64,000 bases of DNA, taken from contig CM060731.1 of NCBI GenBank assembly GCA_030704615.1, positions 79,236,001-79,300,000 on the forward strand. Direction: 5' to 3'. The translations under genes were made by a program, and so were the position numbers. Positions 38,056 to 48,871 of the stretch are shown piece after piece. Origin of the DNA: Takakia lepidozioides (taxonomy: Eukaryota; Plantae; Bryophyta). The notes beneath the pieces are model-generated. The model saw only the letters and a program-made list of their open reading frames with translations, did no database searches and was not told the DNA's origin. Positions within the stretch are counted from its first letter, which is position 1. Each line of letters starts with the position of its first letter.

Positions 38056-41000
38056 CCAAATCATGGTACTAACAGGAGCCAACAGCCCACATTTGCAGGA
38101 TGGACAAACTTCTTCACATCGTACATTAAGGAAAAGCCACACCTTGCCATTGCGGTTGTCGCACCATCGTGAAGGATCTTTAAAAATCTCATGCCAACTC
38201 TACTCCGTGCTGCAAATGAAGGGCCGAGTCTGATGAGAGGGCAAAACAGGCTGAAATAGGTCGAAGAAGAAGGTGCCCTCACCACATTGTCCTCGACCTT
38301 GTGTCATGACCCATGGAGGATTTGACTGACCATGAACCCAAGAGGACCTCTTTAGTGTGCTGCTTGTTTCTGTAGTCAGGTAATGTCGGATTGGTCTGTG
38401 AGAACCACCACGGTGCAGCTAAACGGGTAGAGATTGAAACACGGCCTGCTAAGACCAAGCTGACTCTCCCAAGAACGACGAGCTCCCAGCCAAAACTCCT
38501 CGCACACATACCCTAGCGTTTCTAGGGTTGCTTGCTTCAGATGCGAAGGTTGCTCCAACTGCGGCCTCCCATGCAGGTTTGCCTTCCCTCCCGCTCGCTC
38601 TAAGTCCCAGCCCTCTCTCTCTATCTCCCTCCCTCCCGCTCACTCTAATTCTATTCACGGCTACCGTGATGGGCAACTTTTTAAGTTTTTAAACCTTCTT
38701 GCAAACCCTATAAGCAATTTTTTGATTTTTTTTAAAAAAAATTAAAGGAAGCCTCAGGCCCTTGAGGAGGGGGAAAAATTAACCCCCTTTCATTTGGGCC
38801 ATGAGACCTACAGGACGATCAACGCCCAAACATATCGTCACGAACAATCCCACACACGGGGTAGGGCAGCGGGTTTGAACCCCGAACCACCGGGGCGACA
38901 CACTGTGCACCTCTAGCCGATGTGTTTTTTTCAAATCTTTTGCACTTTGATTTTTTTTCTTAAAATTCATTCTAGTGGTTAGAGTCTCCGACATTTTTTC
39001 AAAATATAAATATTGATATATTATATATATAACCAGGAAAGCATGTGTCGACACGTGCAGTCATGTAGTGATTCATCCATGTGATGATATGGCAGAATGC
39101 ATTAGAGTGAGAGTCATAAAGTCATATGTCCATCTAGCAATTTGTACACGTCATTCCAGTGTAGGTATGAGCGTGACTGGTAGTCATATCTGTCATGCCA
39201 ATATTCGTGGTCAAACATGTTTGACCTGTGTTGCGCAGAGTCCGGAGTCATGCAATCGCATATATGCCTTCCCCGGACCTGCGTTATGACTTCAAAAGGC
39301 ATCTACGACTTCAAATGGCATTTCTGCCACAAATCTGTCATGACTGCGCAGCCATAGGAGTCATAAAAGCCGCAATTTGTTGTAGTGAATGGTCACGCCA
39401 GCAAGCGGGTGGAAGGTCATTCCAGACGCAGATGTCGATCTCTGGAGAGTTACAGATAAGTCCACGAAGGCCCAAGGTGCTCTGGAAGGTAGCAGGAATT
39501 GCTGCCGCATTGCTTGAATTCCGCTCAATATCTGTACATGTTTTGGACCAAGTTTTCCTTGATTCTATCCCCAGATCATAGAAGATATATGCAAGCAAGG
39601 CAGAAATGGTTAGGGTGTCACCCGAAAAAGGTCTTTTGCAACGGGCTTTCCATAGGTGCCAAAGTGTGGAGCTTCTGAGGGTCTCAAACGCAGGGCAAGA
39701 TATAGCTCTCTGTTTAGATCCCTGATTGTAATTTAAAAGGATGTCCAGGGGGGATAAGACCCTAGGGTTCCAGAATCTGTAGAACACTCTCACCAGAGGC
39801 CAAACCCTGGCTGGCGCTTGACATTGAAGGAGACAATGCTCAAGGGATCCCATGATGTTTTGTGTACAACATTTACATAAAAGAGCTGTCTGGAATTGCA
39901 GCCATTCCCCCACTTTTAGCACCCTATTTGCCACTTGCCAGAGGAAGGTTGCTATTTTTGCTGGTCGACTTTTGATCCAAACAGAGCCCCATATGGCTAG
40001 CCAGTTTTCGTTCCTGAAGCCGTAGTGGTCCCATTTGGCTTCCCACTTATTCTTCAGGCAGTGAAAATTGGAGAGGACTTTGTAACCTTTCCTTGTGGTG
40101 TAGGAGAAGAAGGGCTCAGGCTCTCTAGCAAACTTCCATGACCACTCCATTGGGTCAAGTTCCAACTTAGCAAGTGGACGACCCAGAATCCAAACAAAGG
40201 TGTTGCAGTCCAGCCATTGCTGCAATGGCGTAAGGAGATCTGGTTTGGGGTCCAGGGGTTTGCCTGGAATCGACCATCCGCATATTCTGACAGGGGTAAG
40301 TGGCCCTGGAGGTATGTCCAATGGTTTATTGAGAGAAGGGTAAGAGTGAGGGATGTAGGGTCTATGTTGAATGAAAATACAGAGTGGTGGGTGGGAGCGA
40401 TGTCTGTGTCAAAAAGAATGGTAAGGTTATTTTGTAGGATGACCAGTGCCCAAAAAAGGGAGGGGGGGAAGAGATGGACCAACTTGAAGAGATGCAATCC
40501 ACGGTTGAGGTAGAGAGCTAATGAGGTCTTGATAACCAGTGGTCGCTCTAGCCTGTCCAACAATGCGGGCTATGGTTTGTAGTGGCTTAAAGGCATTATT
40601 GACCCAGATATTGTTGATTTGGCAGATCCCGAGACGGTCCCAGGAAGACCAGCGTTTGGCTTGATTTATTTTTGTTGAGGAGAAGGATTGTTTGTATTAA
40701 GGAACAAGTGCTGGCGAAGAATCTTATAGAATGAAGAGGGTGGTTTCTGAACAAGGAACTGTTGAAACTTGCCCCAGGCCCTCCAAATGTTGATCCAAAG
40801 ATTGGAGCCAACCGGTTTATGCTTGAAACCATGTGCAATCCATCGTAGTGAGGGAGCCCAAGAGGAGACCTTCAGAGGGGAGGAGAGAGAGATGTTGTCG
40901 TAGACCAGGAACTTCCATAGACCCCCTTCTGGCCCCAAGAATCTAGGAATCCATTTGGCCAACAAAGCTGAGATCTGGGTATCTGGGTCTATGATCCCTA

Positions 41001-44000
41001 GCCCCTTTTTTTTTCTTTGGGCAACATATTTGACTCCAAGCCACCTGAGGTCTCTTACTCTCAGTAGAGTTCCCCGCACGGTCCCCATACATAATTTCTA
41101 AGGAGTCTTCTAACCTCTTGGATCTGAGAAGAATTGGGACGCCAAACTGCCGCATAGAACCAAATCCCCGCAGATAGAATTTGATTGGCAATGATGACCC
41201 TTCCTGTTATGGAGAGGTGTTTGCCTCCCCAGTAGGAGAGCTTGTGCTTGAGCTTGGTTAAGACCGGTTTGAATTTCTGAGCGTCAGTGAGGTCTATCCC
41301 AAAAGTATAGCCCAATAGGGTTGTACTTTCCCCTGGACGAAGCCATTTAAGGCCGTGGTTTGCACCCCAATTAGGAGAGGCACCAAGCCCTAAAGTTGAA
41401 ATATCACCCACTAGCAGGGCAGAGGTCTTGTCCCAATTGATCTTGAAGCCAGAGGCTGAGCAGAAGGCATTGAGGGTCAGGGATGCCTCGGCGTGAGCCT
41501 GGTCGCGTGAGCGCAACTGCGCTCACACCACGTCACCTTGCGCCAATGCCACATCACGGGGCTCACTCTACCTCATCACACTTGAAGACCGCGTCACCAC
41601 GCGCCCAGAAAGAAGTGGAGTGTATTCCCGCGGATTGGCACCCTTTACCGCGGAAACAAGCTGGACGACATAATAAAAGGCATTGAATAAAGGATGGATG
41701 AATGTACAGTTGGATGATAAACATATGGATGAGTGTAAAAAATGAATGTAGATGGATGAATGAGGGATGGATAAGAGTCAAATGGATGAATGTATAATGG
41801 ATGTTGAGCAATGACAAACATTCATGACAGGAAGATGCATGACTAAAACTTTAGACGAATGCACAACGTATATGACATGAGTGTGGAAGGTTTGTCAGGT
41901 GGATTAAAGAGTACAGAGGATGAATGCACAATGGATGTTGAACAAAGGAAAACATTCATGAATGGAGCACGCATGAATACACTGTAGATGAAAGCACAAT
42001 GGATATGACAAGAGTGAGGGAGGTTTGTGAGATGGATTTATACATATTGAAATTAAATGGTAGTTGATTCTTTGATTATTTTTCTTTCCAAAGGAACAAC
42101 TACGGTGGAGGAAGGGGATTCAACGTTTTCCAAAGAGGAAGAAACAGAATAGTAAAAGAACATAGTTCAGTCTCAGAGTCAGTACAATGTATCCCCACTT
42201 CCTCTGCATCTAAGTCTAAGTATTTAAGAACTCCGGATCTATGCTGGCTACACCTACGGCCGGACAGTAAAAATTCAGGGGATAGGGACTCGGCCGTGTG
42301 AAGTGCCATTGCTTCGGCATAACCACGAAGCAGAAAATTGGAAAGGGGGTTGTCGAAAACAGACTCGCCACAAATGACTGTATGTCTTGAAGATCCACCG
42401 CTGCTTTTCCTGAAAGACAGCCTGAAAAAGTTATTACTGTAACTTTCATGTTATTGAGAAATTGAGTATGACTCCCAAAGTGGGTTTAGCACTTACTCAC
42501 ATGAAAAGTCGTTTTCGACCTGCTTATCTTCGGGATCGTCATCATTTCGAATTTGAATCCGATCAGTCTGTGTGCCTGAAGTGGAGCCAAACAAAAGGGG
42601 GAGGAGCACTGTGTTGTAGAGGTCAGAATCACCCTCCATGCCAAAAAGGCTTCTTCCGCCTGCCTTGCATGCATGGTAAGTTGTTCATGCACCAGACAGG
42701 AGGACATGAACAGTTTGGTAGGGGGGATTTAAGCAAATGGAACTGGTGAAAGAAAATCAATTCGGAACGGAGAGAACGAACCTGTGGACACAGAAAGATC
42801 GACCACCCGTGTAGAGTGGTGGCTGCATGACTCCAACAGTATTTGCATGAACGTTGGGGATTTTTCCTTTACACCTCTCCAGGGAGTGCCATCAAGTCTC
42901 TTCAGGGTCTGACTGGACTGAATGAAGTTGTACAAAATGTCATCGACATGCGGCTCATAGGGGGGGTTGACGAAACAACCCTGGTCAAAAATCTCAAAGC
43001 TGCGGATGGAGGATGGTGTCTTGGAGGTGCGAATCCTCCGCAGGCAGATCGCCTCGAACATCCTCGTCAACCAAAGATAGCAGGTTAGTGTGGTAAACAC
43101 AATCTATAGTGGAAGTGTGTACATAGGCTATTCAGAACTCAGGCACAAAACAATCATTTTTATCACGAATCGGTGATGATAGGTGTCGATCATGACAGAT
43201 TCTACTAGAGTGGAGCTGCAGAGAACATTGAAACTCATCATGAAAGCATAAGCAGAAGGGAGACGACATACCAGCTGACCAGGGAAACCCCCTTTCACAA
43301 GGTAGAGGCTGTTCACACAATTCCATGTGCGCAAAACTTCAAACCCTGAAGACTTGAGGTATGATGCCAATGCCCGACGACTATCATTGTCATATGACTG
43401 AAAAAGCAGAAGTGTCCTTGCATCAGAGAGGAAATTATTACAGAACCCGAAAACCCAACTCCAGTAGTTGTCCTCGAATTTGTTCCAGCCTGGCGTCTTG
43501 CCCTTTGGAAGAACTTCTGGCACAGCCTGGCCATCCGGGATGTCGAGAATGACAATGTCAGCCGCATATGTTTTCTGCACACCGCACACGAAGGTGGGAC
43601 CTGTGCTCACCTGCAACAGACATGTTTTTTATAAGAACGATGGCAAGAATGTTTTCAAAGAACCAGACTGAAATACTGCCAATGAAACTTTCAGAGAAAA
43701 AAAAAAGAAATTGGAAGTCTCACCAGATTGAGGAATGAGATTATGTTGTCCCAGGTAGGCGAAGGCACCCCAATGTATCCTCTCTTTCGACTCTGCATCA
43801 TCGCCAGCCAACCCTCATTGACAATTTTAATCTCTCCTGCCGAATCAGAACGGGAAGGGTGTGGCTTGGCATCGAACACGCACTGAACTGTGCGAGTATA
43901 TCTTCCAGCAGTGAAGTCCTGCCCACTCTCCATCTCCTTTTCTTTCTCCTTCCCCTTGTCATTTTCCTTCTCTTTGGACTTGTCTTTGTCCTTTGGCTTT

Positions 44001-44466
44001 GCTGGTGAGATGGCTATGACATCAAGAGCCTTGTCTTTTGGTTTGCGGCCCGCCTTCTTTCCCTTCTGCGGCGTTCCCTGAGCATCAGGCTCCTTGGCAG
44101 CCAATGTTGCTATGTTTCTTTGGTACTCTTCGTCAGTCAGAGGCGCCAACATCTCAACATTATTGTTCAAATATTTCATATGCTGTTCTTGAAAGGTCGT
44201 GTGCTCCGGTGGGCAGTCAAGGTACCAGCCACAGTCTCTGAAGTGAGAAGGACTCCAGTCTTTCAATATCCCTGCAGTATACATGGTTGGATCGTTTGCA
44301 AGGTCCGACCACATGTCAAGATAGTCTGGAATACCGCTCAGGTGATTTCCTTCCATAAGCACATATTTCGTGTACCTGTTAAACAGAAGATAAATCCCAA
44401 CCCACCAAAGCGCGAAGTGAGTAAGATACAAGTAGCACAGAATGAAATGGCTCTAAGAACTGCTCC

Positions 44467-45240
44467 AAGGACCTTTCAGGACTACACGACTGCTCCGGAT
44501 GTGAATGTCGTCAACGCCATTCAAAACATTCCATTCAATGATACTGTAAAAACACCCTAATCCACATGAATGCAAACTCTCGCTTTGGATTGACACAGAC
44601 ATAGAAGTGAATGTCGTCAACGACATTCACTTTGGATTTGTGAATACACTGCTAATCAAGCCTAATGATTTCTCAAAAAAGGCAAAATCATTTGATGGAA
44701 AACAGAAAGTCGACTTAGGAACCCTCCCCAAAAACTGGTTTCCAATTGACATTCATAACGAACATAACACTAAGGACCTCATAATAACAGTGGATGTGAA
44801 TGGCGTCAACGCCATTCACAAAATTACCAACAAGGAACCATTTAATTAGCTCCCAATCCATATAAATTCAAATTGTCGCTGGTGAATGACACAGACATAG
44901 AAGTGAATGTCGTCAACGACATTCACTCTGGATCTCTGATAACACAGCTAATCAAGCCTCAAGATTTCTCACAAGAGGCAAAAGCAATGCAGAACAACTG
45001 ATTGTCTGCATTGACATTCAACAAACTGAAGTGAGGAACCCTCACTGTAAAATCTATGGACATTACAAAAACTTACATAACTCTAAGGACCTCTCAACAA
45101 CTCTGGATGTGAATGTCGTCAATGCCATTCAGGGACATTATCAATTCTAATCAGGGACACTATAATTACCCCCTAAGCTCCTAATCCAGGTGAATTCAAA
45201 TTCTCGCTTAAGAATGACTCAGACAAATATGATTACAATC
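44467..45240. repeat. ~300-bp tandem repeats carrying 24-bp palindromes
   Basis: GTGAATG(T/G)CGT-CA-ACG(A/C)CATTCAC at 44501, 44607, 44796, 44903 and 45109. Confidence 0.9.
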
Positions 45241-47084
45241 CTTATGAAGCCAAATTATTTCCCAAAAAATGCAGTAGAGTTTCCAGTATGATATTGCACC
45301 TGTACACAACTTGCATCATGGCCCACTCTCCTCCAACATGACTGTCAAAGTCGTTGGACCGTAAAATGTTACCATCTTTGGAGAACTCCCGGAAAAAACA
45401 GTTTCTCCAGGTGAGACCTCTCCACTTCCTTATGTATGCCTTCAATGACATTTGGGGAGGGGAAACAATCGAAATGTTCAAGTCCTTCAAAGTCTGTTCC
45501 AGCACAATGACGACGCGCTTTTCGAGCTGCAAATTGTATATTTGTCAGTATTGCAAATAAGGTACTCATCACATAATTGAAGAAAAGAAAACGGCTTATT
45601 TGAATACACACCTGACTGTAGCCTTGTGGAGCCAGTTATCAAACACCAAATCACTGATTCCTTCCACCTTTGTGTCAGGCTGTATGGTGCTCTTTGGGAA
45701 CTGATTCAAGTCCTTTACTGTCTGATCTGAGTTCCATATCTCCAGCCACCTTATTTTTGTTTGTGGGTCGACCATGGATATGGCCAACCGGTGCAATTTC
45801 TCCTGCTGCAACTCCGGATGCACATGCTTGTCATAGTGAGATTTGATCTGCTGAAGGAACTCAGAACCAAGTCCAGGATCTACTATTCTAAGCTGCTTTC
45901 CGAAGGCGGACATCAATTTGGTTCTTCGCATTTCAAACTCCTTCTTTATTGCTGCTTCCACACCTTTTGATGTCCTTAGTTCCTCTGGTGTAGTGCGGTA
46001 ATATTCGGATTTTCCCTTCTCAGTTGCCTCTGCCAGTTCTTGTTGCATTGATTCAAATAGTGATTAGCACCGAAGGGACTACAAACATGTATTCGAAAAG
46101 TAAACCGAGTACAGACTCGAGCTTACCGCATACATGTACTCTAGAAACGCCTCTCGAGTCAAAGAATACCAAGTGCCTACAGCTCTTCCTGTTTCGCACT
46201 TCTTGATTATATTGGGTGGGAGTACTGTCCGAAAATCATCCAGCTTCATCAGACCAATCCTCTGAATTTGGAATAGTGTGTGGACCAAGCTTGTTGTCAC
46301 ATGCGATTTCTCTGTCGATCTGCAAAAACATTGCAAACATTGCACTCCTTAACTCTGTTTTTTGGGGATTAACAAGACACTACAGAGGGAATGAAATCTC
46401 TAGGATGACTTACTTGTTCACGTCGTGCATAGCTGTAAGAAGCCTAGCGATGTCGTTTCCAGGATCCAAAACCATTGCCTCCACAGCAACATGCTTGTCT
46501 TTGTCTTTCGCATGGTGTTTCTGGATGTATCCCATCCATGCCAGCAATCGGTGGTTGCCGTCCCAGACGTAGAACATGTGGTTGCAGAATTGTTGGGTGT
46601 TCTTTCCCATCATGAGGCCCAGCTCGAACTCCTCATTGGCATCTTTCCAGCATTCATCCCAGTTATCACTGATCTCTGGAGACACTAATGTGATTTTCCC
46701 ATTTATATCCGTTAGTGACACATAAAAAACTTGAGCACCAAGTCTGTATCCATGCACAAAATCACTCTCCAATTTTGTTATGTCCTGGGAAAGAGGTGGA
46801 CGCACAACAGGCATAGATATCATCCGGCACAGAGGGATGTCCAGACGCCCTCCAGATACGAGCATGTCCCTTATAACCTCCTGAGAGTTTACCTTCTGGA
46901 ATGACATGAGTTCTTTCACCTTGTCAAGGTAGTGCACTTCAGATTCATCTGCTTCATCTGTATTCTCTGAGCTTTTTCCAGACTCCTCCCCATCTCCAGA
47001 TCCTTTCCCCTCTGATCCTGTAGGCTTGGACCTCACAGTTTTCTGCACGATGCCATTCAAATCTGACTGAGTAATCTGCAAATA

Positions 47085-47660
47085 GTGAACGGTGGTAACG
47101 ACCATCACTCTGTCTCGAAGAAACTCACAAGGAATGGTGTGAAACAAATTCAGAACCATCTACACAAGCAAAGCTGATCCTGCCGAATTCAAAACAAAAG
47201 CGAGAGCGATAGTGAACGGCGTTAACGACAATCACAAAAGATAAGGACCTGCCGGATCGGTGTTGTGTAATGACAGATATGTGTAAGTGATTGGCGACAA
47301 CGACATTCAGTATAGTTTAGGGTGGACAGTAAGTGCAGATTATTCAGATTGACTCCATTGTGATTACCGTTGCAAGCATTCACGGTTTCTGTCTATGTCG
47401 AGAGTACTTTGCAATCCATACTCTACCTGAATCGAATGGCGTTAACGACGCTCGCAATTCAGCAGACTTCAATCACATGTTCCTGCTTAAGAAGGGAAGA
47501 GGAAGGACTGCTTGAAAGGCAATCAGACAGACTGTTTGATCTGAACAACGGTGATTGACGGTACCGTTAGTCACCCACTCATTGTGGGGTAAACCCTTAA
47601 CAGAGGAGTACAAAGCAAATCACCGTTGTTTCGTGGTGATGGTCGGTAGCGACAATCCCT
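47085..47660. repeat. Cluster of about 7 diverged GTGA-N16-TCAC imperfect palindromes
   Basis: Copies at 47085, 47212, 47287, 47360, 47432, 47551 and 47636, all 24 bp long, in otherwise unrelated sequence. Confidence 0.7.
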
Positions 47661-48871
47661 TTCTGGGACATTGAACTCAATCTCTACGCAGATCTTCAAC
47701 AATGAAATGTAAGTTACAGAAAACTCACTGGTGCCTTCTTAGGTTTTGAAATTGGATCCCCTTCTGCAGCTTTCCTCTTCCCTCTCACATCTGCTGGAAT
47801 TTTTGTCTGCTCTAGGGTTTCTGGACCTTCTCCCGGTTCAGCGTTCCTCGTGCTTCCACCTCCTTCAGTTTCCCTGCGAGACATCTGTGCATCCACAAGC
47901 TGGTTTCCAACGCGCACTGTTATCGCCGACTGTGTCACAGCCGCTGCCTCAGTCTCGGTCTGCCCTTGTGAATCAGTCTCCGCGTTCACCTGCTGCCTTG
48001 GCCCTGTGTTCTCCAACAAACGACGCCTCGTCATTTGCTCTCTTGCTCTGCGTCTCTCTCTAAGGGAAGTAAAATAAAGAGACTTTCTTGTCTTTCGTAT
48101 AGTAGAAGGAACCCTCTCCAGCTTGACTACCACTCTCCCTCTAAGCGCGAAAAGTTGGAAAACGAAGTGACTCCCGATTTCTTGCGGGATTGCGTTCGTT
48201 GTTGCTTGTCTCTAGAAGCATCGGATTCCCTCTCGCGTGACCGTTACACATAGTCGTTCCCTTATTAGTGTACAGCTGTTCGAATTCAGTTATCGATGTC
48301 TGGCGTGTGTCGCCCAAAATAAACGGCGTGTTCTTTATTAGAACGGTTCCAATATTTAAAAATAACAACGAATCCCAGAAATCTTGGCGCACAATCTTAG
48401 ACAAATATATGTAAATGAACGAGAGTTTGATGACAAATTTTGGGATATCATACACGGTCATCCTTGTTAGCCAACCCCACGTTCGTTTCACATTTTGAAC
48501 TTTCCAGGTGCGCATGATCATTGGTAGTAGTATAAAGATACATTTACTTAATCTGCAATCCCACCCTCAGACCCTGTGGCATGCTTCCAGGAAGTCGGCT
48601 TGTTATTGTGTTTGTTAATGAGGTTCTGATTAACGGTTTAACAGCTGCCGACATTGCTCCTAGGGATACTCTGACCACTGGGCCCACAAGAAAAGTAATT
48701 AAAATGGACGGCTGCATATCTGGAAAGAATAACAGAATATGCACAGTCGTCGTCTGAGCTTCCTCCGCCATATTCTCTGCTCATTCTTCAACTGTGTTCT
48801 GGAGACATCAGTAAACTGATTTACACTGAAGGTCTGCGATAGCAAAGTATCAACGTACGCGAGGAAGGAAG

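Larger units (their letters stand above)
34675..39387. mobile_element. Non-autonomous CACTA (En/Spm) element with captured fragments (Pack-CACTA)
   Basis: TIRs CACTACAACA(G/A)ATTGCGGCTTTTA(C/T)GACTC at both ends and a 3-bp TSD AAT (34672-34674, 39388-39390). No transposase inside. Confidence 0.92.
42493..48133 (-). pseudogene. Multi-exon gene for a ParB/Srx-like domain plus beta-class amino-(N6-adenine/N4-cytosine) DNA methyltransferase; fusion inferred
   Basis: FYVWDGNHRLLAW (ParB/Srx motif, 46410-47159). MTase motif IV-like ADIVILDIPDG (~43560), motif X EKSPTFMQILL, then VVDLSVSTG|TTYHACKAGGRSLFGMEGD (motifs I-II) across intron 42687-42781, whose acceptor reads CAT instead of CAG. Confidence 0.7.

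Noticed and set aside
38860-38925. tRNA gene (B-box GGTTCAAACCC on the minus strand); similar A-box-like text near 3795-3815
   Set aside because: No convincing cloverleaf. At most SINE-like remnants.
42955-42970. NPPY as the catalytic motif IV of the MULE methyltransferase
   Set aside because: It lies in the expected variable/TRD region, too close to motifs X-I. ADIVILDIPD fits the beta-class position better. An alignment is needed to exclude it fully.
42493-47159. Bacterial or phage contamination explaining the ParB and MTase motifs
   Set aside because: The gene is broken by GT-AG-type introns and sits inside a MULE with an exact TSD in a plant-type LINE.
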